Source: Patescibacteria group bacterium UBA3466
GTDB taxonomy: Bacteria; Patescibacteriota; Minisyncoccia; Phycocordibacterales; UBA918
Length of the DNA stretch: 56,861 nt
NCBI GenBank assembly: GCA_002378195.1
Contig: DFRJ01000002.1
Location: forward strand, 270,816 to 327,676
Direction: 5' to 3'
The notes beneath the pieces are model-generated. The model was not told where the DNA came from and did no database searches. It saw nothing but the letters and a program-made list of their open reading frames with translations. Shown here one piece after another: positions 26,799-33,685 of this stretch. Position numbers and translations under genes: made by a program. The stretch's first letter is position 1; each line of letters opens with the position of its first letter.

Positions 26799-27968
26799 TT
26801 AGAACACTGGTGTTGCTACATATGTCAGCGTAGCGGTGTAGTCATCAGCAGCTTCTTGCAAGGCACTAATTTCTACCTTGTAACCAACACGGGTTGTACC
26901 CTCACCGGTTACAGTGCCGTCAGTAGGACCGTTATGACGGAATACTTCTACAGGTGTAGTTGAAGCAGACACAAATCTATCTCCAGCACCTCCTGCATCA
27001 AATGGGTCAGTTAAACCTGAACCAAGCGTTGGATCATCTGAGGTAAGACCCCAGTGTCCGTAGGTATCGTCATCTCCTAATGAAGGACTCGGCGCTTCCC
27101 AAGCTACAGCTGTAGTATCGAAGTTACCATTTCGGAAACCGTCGATATCAGCTCCACTTGTAGAAACCAGTTGACTATCTGCTGTAACTGTTACCACAAA
27201 ACCATTTTGCGCGTTGGTTTCAACTTGCAGGTCTTGTGCAGTAGTACTAGCGTTTCCATCTGTTAGTTCACCGAAGTTGATCTCAGTAGCTGACGTTGAA
27301 CCATCTGTAATGTCCGCAACGTTTACAGTTTGTCCGCCTGCAACACCAGATACCGTAAAGGTAAATCGAGTATCAACAGAAGCGGTCACCTGTACGTTAG
27401 GAACGATGGCAACTCTAGTTTCGCCAGTGTCTGACGAACCAGCAGTTACAGGAATTTCGTATGAACCAGCAACTGGGTTAGTAATCTGAGCATCCGCATC
27501 TCCAGTGTCACCACCAAATGTTGCGTTTGTACCGATCAGAATGGTAGTAGTACCATTTACTGGAATTGAAGCTCCGTCACCAGAACAAAATGTAATGGTT
27601 AGAACTCCAGATGTTGATGAGGCACTAACCTCGTCAACTCCAGAACAGTCGGCAGCTACAGTAAGATTACTAGAATCATCAAGTACATCGATATCAGTTT
27701 CATCTACTGAACCAAAAACGAAAGGACCATCAGAGAAATCAATTGTAATTGTTTCACCGTTTGCAACTCCTGAAGGTGTTACAAAAGTAATTTCGTGGTT
27801 CGAAGCCACGCTAGGTGCAGAATCTGATAAGGTGTCACTTAATGTGAGGACATTTGCAGCTTCTACGAATTGTAGAGACGGAAGTCCGATTGACCAAAAA
27901 AGAATGGTCATGGTTACCGTCGCTGCGATAGCTTGGAGTATCGAGAACGAATTTGACGTTCTGTGCAT
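26799..27968 (-). CDS. 389-aa secreted protein with WxL-like C-terminal domain ending ATPVF; monocistronic, candidate abundant surface subunit
   Basis: The signal peptide ends ...SLQFVEA/ANV. The protein is T/S/G/D-rich and beta-type, contains HWGL, and ends DDYTATLTYVATPVF. It has its own promoter-like motif and leader upstream, and terminators on both sides. Confidence 0.85.
   Translation of the reverse strand: MHRTSNSFSILQAIAATVTMTILFWSIGLPSLQFVEAANVLTLSDTLSDSAPSVASNHEITFVTPSGVANGETITIDFSDGPFVFGSVDETDIDVLDDSSNLTVAADCSGVDEVSASSTSGVLTITFCSGDGASIPVNGTTTILIGTNATFGGDTGDADAQITNPVAGSYEIPVTAGSSDTGETRVAIVPNVQVTASVDTRFTFTVSGVAGGQTVNVADITDGSTSATEINFGELTDGNASTTAQDLQVETNAQNGFVVTVTADSQLVSTSGADIDGFRNGNFDTTAVAWEAPSPSLGDDDTYGHWGLTSDDPTLGSGLTDPFDAGGAGDRFVSASTTPVEVFRHNGPTDGTVTGEGTTRVGYKVEISALQEAADDYTATLTYVATPVF
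26802..27400 (-). other. shared C-terminal domain, type 1 (WxL-like), copy in the 389-aa protein
   Basis: It is collinear with 14062-14590. The features ...NFGEL..., ...NAQNGF.V.V.A... and Y-x-A-x-L-T-Y-V-A-x-P resemble the WxL-domain layout (FG motif, GW/GF strand, terminal Y...L.W.L..P). Confidence 0.5.
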
Positions 27969-28167
27969 ACTCTACGTTGTTTAGTTAAACCTACAGCCTA
28001 TAGTCCAAAATATGGCTATAAATAAGACTAGCTTATACCATGGTGCGGTCTCCACTCCGCTCCACAAAAGGCACTGCGGGTATACCTACAAAGTAACACT
28101 CGGCTGAAGTGCTCACGCAAAAAGCGTGCAGTAATTCTAATTGATTACCTCCTCTACAGGTACATTC

Positions 28168-28212
28168 ATATTGTACGATGTCCATCAAACTCATTTGTAC
28201 AGTTATGCACAA
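28168..28212 (-). promoter_or_regulatory. bipartite promoter-like motif TTGTGCATAACT-N24-GTACAATAT upstream of the 389-aa gene
   Basis: TTGTGCATAACT is at 28201-28212 and GTACAATAT (contains TACAAT) at 28168-28176, both read on the minus strand. The same two blocks recur at 32397-32440 with N23 spacing. Confidence 0.55.
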
Positions 28213-28218
28213 ATTTAT

Positions 28219-28247
28219 GCAAAAATCGTGGCCTGTGCCACGATTTA
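28219..28247 (-). terminator. intrinsic terminator after the 367-aa gene
   Basis: Minus strand: TAAATCGTGGC-acag-GCCACGATTTTTGC. The stem begins within the TAA stop (28245-28247) and is followed by a T-run. Confidence 0.8.
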
Positions 28248-29348
28248 CCCTGTCCAATTGAATAGTAAGATTGAAAAGTCTTCCAGTCCGACGTTTCCAT
28301 TTTGATTAATGTCAGCTGGTGGATCAGAATCACCTCCTGTGGTTTGCCACCAGAAAATCAGAATCGAGAAGTCAATCAAGTTAATAAATCCGTCTCGGTT
28401 GAGGTCCGTCGGCAAGGTGGCCTGGCCGTCAACCCCCACAAACAATTGCAATGAGGTACTGAAACTACTTTCAGTTGTTAATGGTGGATTTCCCACGATG
28501 GAGCGCGCTCTGATGATGTGATCAGAGATGGATAGTCTAGAGGTGTCAAAATCAATACTCCAGTCCCCATCGGCATTGGAGTTTGTACTCTCTACTATCT
28601 GACTTTCATTAAAGTGTATTTCTACTTCGGATTCAGGCACACTTTGTCCGGAGATAGTCACAATATCTCCCGGGTCCACATTCTGATTTGGCACTGAAAT
28701 GGTAGGTGGTATCACAACGCCATTTAGATTGGTTATGGCTCCCTGAGTAACATCAAACGTGTTATTAAGAGTAATTGAGCGTACACCTGAGGAGTCGGTG
28801 GTCCAGATTCCCAAGGTAGCAGTTCCTGGCGTAGCGTCTGCCGCAAATTCAAAATCACCATTTCCGTCAGAACGAACTGAACCGACGCTTTCAGTATCTA
28901 TTAAAAAGTTGATTGTCCGAGACGGATAGCCTTTTCCGATGATGTTAACTATAGTGTCTCCCAGCTCGTCATCCTGGCCCCCTCCACCACCTGAACCACC
29001 TCCAGAGGTACCTCCACCTCCAGATCCCGCTGGTTCAATTTTACAAATTGAAGAACAAAAGTCTCCGTCATCATTATTTCCGTCGTCACATTCTTCGTCA
29101 TAAATTGTCTGCAGAATACCGTCACCGCAGTAAGGTCCGAAGTTACACGACGGGGTACACTGTCGGCCGGCAATGGTCTGGCTATATACCCCCGTCTCAC
29201 CAGGTACGTCACAGTCCTCACCGCCATCAACAATAGCATTACCACAAATACTGATAGTCAGAGTGGTAGTAGCAGTACTAAACTGCGCTCCAGCAACAGC
29301 TGGAGTACAAACTAGCAGCATTAATGTCCATAGTAGTAATGATCTCAT
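28245..29348 (-). CDS. secreted Cys-rich-repeat protein with Gly linker, two Ig-like domains and C-terminal dockerin
   Basis: 367 aa with a signal peptide. CGNAIVDGGEDCDVPGE...CTPSC and CGDGILQTIYDEECDDGNNDDGDFCSSIC resemble the Myxococcus-type cysteine-rich repeat. The linker is GSGGGGTSGGGSGGGGG. The C-terminus carries DLNRDGFINLIDFSILIFWW and DINQNGNVGLEDFSILLFNW. Confidence 0.8.
   Translation of the reverse strand: MRSLLLWTLMLLVCTPAVAGAQFSTATTTLTISICGNAIVDGGEDCDVPGETGVYSQTIAGRQCTPSCNFGPYCGDGILQTIYDEECDDGNNDDGDFCSSICKIEPAGSGGGGTSGGGSGGGGGQDDELGDTIVNIIGKGYPSRTINFLIDTESVGSVRSDGNGDFEFAADATPGTATLGIWTTDSSGVRSITLNNTFDVTQGAITNLNGVVIPPTISVPNQNVDPGDIVTISGQSVPESEVEIHFNESQIVESTNSNADGDWSIDFDTSRLSISDHIIRARSIVGNPPLTTESSFSTSLQLFVGVDGQATLPTDLNRDGFINLIDFSILIFWWQTTGGDSDPPADINQNGNVGLEDFSILLFNWTG
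28248..28412 (-). other. dockerin-like module (367-aa protein)
   Basis: DLNRDGFINLID and DINQNGNVGLED Ca-binding loops, each followed by an FSIL helix. Confidence 0.7.
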
Positions 29349-29349
29349 A

Positions 29350-30303
29350 CTAACTTCGGCGTCGTCTAGCGGTAGATCGACGACTCTTGAAGAGATAGAG
29401 AACCGAAATAATTACAGCGAAGATTGGCAGTAAGACTGAAATCTTATGCGGCGCAGACAGACCTGTAAAGCCAAAGCCAGCTGCTTGTAAAGTTCCTTCC
29501 TCTAGGATGTTTATACTAAGATCACCCTCTTGCTTGATCTCGTCATCATTGTAAATAACGTACCTAGCTATGTAAGTACCAGCTGGAAGTCTAGTCGGTA
29601 TCTCTGCTGTCACGGACTCCGTAGCGTAAGGCTCGATCTTTGGTATCTTTCCAATGTTCTTTGTCTCTTCAAGCATCACTCGACCAGTTCGATCGAAAAT
29701 TCTAAATTCTACTTTTGATGGTGAGATGTCTACGTTACCAGTGTTCTCGAGTAGCATCTCAAAATTGATTTTTCCTGGGAAGAACAACCAGGCTTTTTTT
29801 GTTCCCTCGTTCAAATCACCGGCTGAAACCTTACGAACTCTAAAATCTTTAATCTCTTTATCTATCACAAGGAGATCAATGTCGACTCGAGCGCCAAGAG
29901 AAATGCTTACCGCGCCGGATGTTACCTGACCATCATCTGGGACCATTCTGATTCTAATTGCTCCTGTGTATTCCTTAAAGTCTGCGTCGCCTGGCACCAC
30001 CACCCGCACAGTCATTGGCACTTTTTGGGTACCTTGCGGCATTCTAATATCATCACCCTCTACTATCTCAATCCACTCTTCTATTTCCGGTGCATCAATT
30101 GATATCTGAGCCTTTTGCGAAGTACTGGTGTCCCCTCGCACGAGCAAGATCTGTTGTTCATAGGTAGAGTTTCTTGTCAGACTGGTGTTTCTCACGTAAG
30201 GCGGAGTAATCCCAAAACCAGCTTCAACCACCTCAAAACCGACGTTAAATAACAACACCGGTATCATAGAAAAAACCAAAAACTTTCGTAGAAACGCCTT
30301 CAT
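29350..30303 (-). CDS. CscA/DUF916-like two-beta-sandwich surface protein with C-terminal TM anchor and Arg-rich tail
   Basis: 317 aa with a signal peptide. It carries EEWIEIVEGDDIRMPQGTQKVPMTVRVVVPGDADFKEYTGAIRIRM and LENTGNVDISPSKVEFRIFD...LPAGTYIARYVIY, then the TM ISVLLPIFAVIISVLYLF and KSRRSTARRRRS. There is a 1-nt gap to the 367-aa gene. Confidence 0.8.
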   Translation of the reverse strand: MKAFLRKFLVFSMIPVLLFNVGFEVVEAGFGITPPYVRNTSLTRNSTYEQQILLVRGDTSTSQKAQISIDAPEIEEWIEIVEGDDIRMPQGTQKVPMTVRVVVPGDADFKEYTGAIRIRMVPDDGQVTSGAVSISLGARVDIDLLVIDKEIKDFRVRKVSAGDLNEGTKKAWLFFPGKINFEMLLENTGNVDISPSKVEFRIFDRTGRVMLEETKNIGKIPKIEPYATESVTAEIPTRLPAGTYIARYVIYNDDEIKQEGDLSINILEEGTLQAAGFGFTGLSAPHKISVLLPIFAVIISVLYLFKSRRSTARRRRS

Positions 30304-30335
30304 GTACAGTTTTATTATTATCTGAAAATTCTAAC

Positions 30336-30379
30336 CAAAAAGCAACAGCCACTGTTGTATAACAGTGGCTGTTTTTTGC
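30336..30379 (-). terminator. intrinsic terminator after the 674-aa gene
   Basis: A perfect 13-bp stem, AACAGCCACTGTT-atac-AACAGTGGCTGTT, followed on the minus strand by GCTTTTTGG. An A-run on the other side gives it a bidirectional shape. Confidence 0.9.
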
Positions 30380-30398
30380 TTATTATGTGGTCTAATTT

Positions 30399-32360
30399 TT
30401 ACCACTCAAGTGGGTCATTTGATACAGCATCGAACGCGTTTAGTCCAGTGTAGCTACCTGCAAGGGTAATGCTGGCTGGCACTGCAATTCCCCAGTAGGT
30501 CACATCTGAAGTGTAGGCTGAAGAACTTGTTGATGTAGTCTCTCCAATATTTGATTCAAGCTCTGCTCCAGGCGTACTAGACGAGAGGTCTGTTCCTGCT
30601 CCATATGAGAATGCAATAGTTGAGTACTCTTGTTCAAAGGCTGGAATGGTTGACGTAGCAGATACCGGACACTCATTTCCGACTGCGAAGGTTCCACACA
30701 TTGATTCTCCAGATATTTCTTGGTCAATACTCGTATTTCCGACATTGGTAGTTGTAGAGTAGGCGTTAACGGCTCCAGTATTTTGACCTGGCTCTGTATC
30801 AGCGTACTGAATGTTGCTTTGCACTATATCTAAGGCGTTCAAACTTTCAACGTCCACAAACTGACTGGTAGTGGCCATGGTGCCACTGGCAGTATCGTCA
30901 TCTAGTCCGAATATACCCACGCTCCAGTGATCGTCTTCGTAAGCTGTAGGCTTAAATCCTGGAGTGGTAGGATCTGCTACGAACCACAACGGGAAGGTAC
31001 AGGTGTAGTCAATGTCTGTCGCAGAAGCATCGTCTGGACAGCTTGATGTCACAGTACATGACAAGTCCCAGGTTGACGTTGCTACTCCAGTAGTTACACC
31101 AGTTCCACCTCTTCCTGGGTAGCAGACATTTGGGTCATAGTTAGCATCGGTGAGGCAGGTAGAGGTTGCTCGCAGATCAGCTCTAAAGACAGAGACCCCG
31201 TAGCCAACTATCTCAGTAGACGATCCAGCAGAGGCTGCTGTTCGACAACTGTTGTTGTCCCGCAAGGTGAAGTCTAAGGTGAATCCGGTTGTCTCCCCAG
31301 CTGGAACAGAAATTGTCATATCAGCTCCACCGTTTAGGTCAATACTTCCCGGAGCAATGAATGGCGCTACGTTGTTGATGATGTAATCAGACTGCAATCC
31401 ATTTCCTAAAGCTTCATGGCCGTGTTCATCGATAATGTAACCATAGGCTGGGTAGTCATCGTCCATAAGTACTGCTGGTAGTGCGAAGGTACTGGTAGCA
31501 TTGTCTTCAACTGAACTGGTAGTAGAAGCAATTTCCTCAGTACCACAGGTATTTGTGGTTGTGTTGTATGAGACGTTATCTTCACAGATAATCAATGTGA
31601 TAGTGTCCTGTCCACCAACAGAGTCAGGGTCTGATGAAGTTGAGGTCCAAGTTACAGTTCCACCAGGATCAACTCCTGCAAGCTGAGCGTCATTCAGCAG
31701 ATTTGGACTGAAGACTGGCCGGTTATTAATGTGGAAGGGTGAAGAGGTGGTTCCAGTGGGAGTTGAGGTTGGTCCTTGTACGGAAATATTATTACAACGC
31801 GGGTTCACAGCGTCATCGTCACAAACCCAAGCGTACCACTCAGAGATTTCCAAGAACTGACCAGTTCCCCACTCTTCTGTAGTGGTAGATACTGTCGCAA
31901 GACTTCCACTTGGTGTGGCCGCAGACACACCCCATTGGATAGCTGTACCTCCTTCAGATGGTACGTTGCATCTTGGTTCACCAACTCCAGTACCATTTCC
32001 TACATCGTCCCAGTCAGGTGTTGGCGAAGCATTGTCGCTGCAGATCAGCAAGAAGTATGGCGCATTGTTACTGTCGCTTCCTAGCGCACTCCACTGAATA
32101 ACATCTCCGGAGTTGGTTGGAGATGAAGTGGCAGAGGCTACGACCTCATATGCATTCCAGTCGAATTGTGGAGGGGTGTTCAATACTGTCAGCGTTGTAG
32201 TAGCGCTTAGGTTTTGCGCAGAAACACGGTTCAGCTCTTGAGCTCCAAAGTCATAGACGAAGGTGACGATGAAAACTAGAAATCCAGTCAGCGCAGTTAG
32301 CACCGTGATTTTACCGGCGGTGCGAACGTAGTTAGGAAAATCTTCTTTGTTGTACGACAT
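30399..32360 (-). CDS. surface protein with N-terminal anchor and shared Cys-containing C-terminal domain (type 2, YWGI-x-VP motif)
   Basis: The track ORF starts at a TTG (32423). I prefer ATG 32360 (MSYNKEDFPNYVRTAGKITVLTALTGFLVFIV...) because the promoter-like GTACAATAT block (32397-32405) lies inside the TTG extension. The C-terminal ~320 aa are collinear with the giant ORF tail. Confidence 0.8.
   Translation of the reverse strand: MSYNKEDFPNYVRTAGKITVLTALTGFLVFIVTFVYDFGAQELNRVSAQNLSATTTLTVLNTPPQFDWNAYEVVASATSSPTNSGDVIQWSALGSDSNNAPYFLLICSDNASPTPDWDDVGNGTGVGEPRCNVPSEGGTAIQWGVSAATPSGSLATVSTTTEEWGTGQFLEISEWYAWVCDDDAVNPRCNNISVQGPTSTPTGTTSSPFHINNRPVFSPNLLNDAQLAGVDPGGTVTWTSTSSDPDSVGGQDTITLIICEDNVSYNTTTNTCGTEEIASTTSSVEDNATSTFALPAVLMDDDYPAYGYIIDEHGHEALGNGLQSDYIINNVAPFIAPGSIDLNGGADMTISVPAGETTGFTLDFTLRDNNSCRTAASAGSSTEIVGYGVSVFRADLRATSTCLTDANYDPNVCYPGRGGTGVTTGVATSTWDLSCTVTSSCPDDASATDIDYTCTFPLWFVADPTTPGFKPTAYEDDHWSVGIFGLDDDTASGTMATTSQFVDVESLNALDIVQSNIQYADTEPGQNTGAVNAYSTTTNVGNTSIDQEISGESMCGTFAVGNECPVSATSTIPAFEQEYSTIAFSYGAGTDLSSSTPGAELESNIGETTSTSSSAYTSDVTYWGIAVPASITLAGSYTGLNAFDAVSNDPLEW
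30402..31378 (-). other. shared C-terminal domain, type 2, copy in the 674-aa protein
   Basis: SLNALDIVQSNIQYADTEPGQNTGA...NVGNTSIDQEISGESM...VTYWGIAVPASI matches the giant tail LRALNVQNAIGYGTVDVNQNTGA...NYGNESIDVEISGTDM...QIYWGIEVPFGT. The upstream Cys-rich parts also align. Confidence 0.65.
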
Positions 32361-32396
32361 ACTAAATAATAAAATAAATAATAAATAACTTTTCTT

Positions 32397-32440
32397 ATAT
32401 TGTACTGGTTTTAAAGTTGACAAGTGCTAGTTATGCACAA
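32397..32440 (-). promoter_or_regulatory. bipartite promoter-like motif TTGTGCATAACT-N23-GTACAATAT upstream of the 674-aa gene
   Basis: TTGTGCATAACT is at 32429-32440 and GTACAATAT at 32397-32405 on the minus strand. This is about 37 nt upstream of ATG 32360 and immediately downstream of the permease stop (32469). Confidence 0.55.
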
Positions 32441-32468
32441 CTTGTTTGTAAGCCTGTGGATAACCTGT

Positions 32469-33683
32469 TTATTCGTAGCGGATAGCGTCCAGTGGGTTTA
32501 AGGTGGACGCTCGTCTAGCTGGAAAAATACCAGTCAAATACCCTACACAGGCCGAGAAAATAGCAATAAAAGCCAAGAAATCGAGTGGGAAAGAAAATAG
32601 TCGGACGGCCTGTCCACCAAACTGACCTGCCACAATGTTGAGGAAAATATTGACCGTTACGCCGAGCGTCACACCCATCAGTATTCCGCTCAGCCCGCCC
32701 AAGAAACCCACCACCACCGATTCTGACACGAAGAGATACTTTACATCATTTGGGCTAGCTCCAATTGTGCGCATAATTCCGATCTCTTTGGTTCGCTCCA
32801 AAAGTGTCACCGTCATAGTATTAAACATTCCAATCGCTGACACCACCAAGGCAATACCACCAAAAGTCGCTAACACCGCCTGAATTCCTTGGAAGATTTG
32901 TGACGCTTGCTCCACTGTCTTTGACAGTGCTGTTACTCGATAACCTTCTTCTATTAACTCAGCCTCTACTAAGGGCAAGTTCTCGTTGGTGTCTACGCGC
33001 ACTTGGATTCGTTCGTATTCTTCAATACCAACGTAGTTTCTTAGCTCTGGAAGCATCATCAAAGCATTAAGCACCCCCTCCTCAGCCGTAATACCGCGCA
33101 CTGTGTATTCCTTATCAATCACGATCTCGTTGACGTCGTCTGTCCCGTCATCTGCTGGTACAAGCAGTCTGAGAGACACCTTTTCGCCAATAAAACCATC
33201 AATCTCCTCATCCTCTACTCCGAACAGCTTCAGTGTGGCCGGTGAAATCATGATGCTATTGGCGTCGCCGGCATCTTCGTCGGTAAATACGTCACCCGCT
33301 GTAGCCGTAATACCAGCATAGCGCAGATAGGGCGGCTCAACTCCTTGCACAAACACATTACCGGTAAGACCCTTGTAAGTTACCAAGGCTGGAAAACGAG
33401 CTAACGGTGCGGCATCCAGCACGGCTTCGTTCTGCTCAAATTGAGTGACTGTTTCGGGAGTTAATCGTAGTCCTTGTGCTCCAGTCGAAGACACGCCGAG
33501 AGACAAAAGACTCTCACCAAACACGATCTGCTCCAAAATAATCTGCTGCAGACCAAAACCAAGCCCTACCAACACCACCACAGCACCAGTACCCACTCCC
33601 ATACCAAGAATAGTCAACCAAGTACGCATTGGGTTGGTCTTGAACATTCGGGTGGATAATTGGGCTAAGTCTTGAATTCTCAT
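32469..33683 (-). CDS. MacB/FtsX-type ABC transporter permease (4 TM, large extracytoplasmic domain)
   Basis: 404 aa. TM1 is TWLTILGMGVGTGAVVVLVGLGFG, followed by an extracytoplasmic domain of about 220 aa. The FtsX core is LATFGGIALVVSAIGMFNTMTVTLLERTKEIGIMRTIGASPNDVKYLF plus 2 further TM segments. Confidence 0.9.
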   Translation of the reverse strand: MRIQDLAQLSTRMFKTNPMRTWLTILGMGVGTGAVVVLVGLGFGLQQIILEQIVFGESLLSLGVSSTGAQGLRLTPETVTQFEQNEAVLDAAPLARFPALVTYKGLTGNVFVQGVEPPYLRYAGITATAGDVFTDEDAGDANSIMISPATLKLFGVEDEEIDGFIGEKVSLRLLVPADDGTDDVNEIVIDKEYTVRGITAEEGVLNALMMLPELRNYVGIEEYERIQVRVDTNENLPLVEAELIEEGYRVTALSKTVEQASQIFQGIQAVLATFGGIALVVSAIGMFNTMTVTLLERTKEIGIMRTIGASPNDVKYLFVSESVVVGFLGGLSGILMGVTLGVTVNIFLNIVAGQFGGQAVRLFSFPLDFLAFIAIFSACVGYLTGIFPARRASTLNPLDAIRYE

Positions 33684-33685
33684 AA

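Noticed and set aside
28033-28257. A 74-aa minus-strand ORF occupying the long spacer between the 367-aa and 389-aa genes; it is Cys-rich (MDRVNRGTGHDFCINLCITVQMSL...).
   Set aside because: Its start lies inside the 3' end of the 367-aa gene, upstream of that gene's terminator hairpin. It reads through the terminator and the promoter-like motif, has no SD and resembles no family. It is more parsimonious as non-coding leader or regulatory DNA. Only ribosome profiling could rescue it.
17532-29245. Minus-strand out-of-frame ORFs nested in large genes (17532-17840, 18078-18302, 21500-21787, 23834-24064, 28949-29245, 31805-31996, 43621-43962, 44923-45219, 46756-47019 and others).
   Set aside because: They overlap longer ORFs in another frame, have odd composition (M/L/Q/R/H-rich) and lack independent signals.
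22346-29348. Interpretation of the cohesin/dockerin genes as a cellulosome.
   Set aside because: No glycoside hydrolase, carbohydrate esterase or CBM signature was recognisable in any dockerin-bearing ORF. Only a scaffold-like function can be inferred.
32361-32423. A TTG-initiated 21-codon N-terminal extension of the 674-aa ORF, as given in the track.
   Set aside because: The extension contains the conserved GTACAATAT (-10-like) block, and an ATG at 32360 directly precedes the TM anchor. The TTG start is therefore unlikely, though not excluded.
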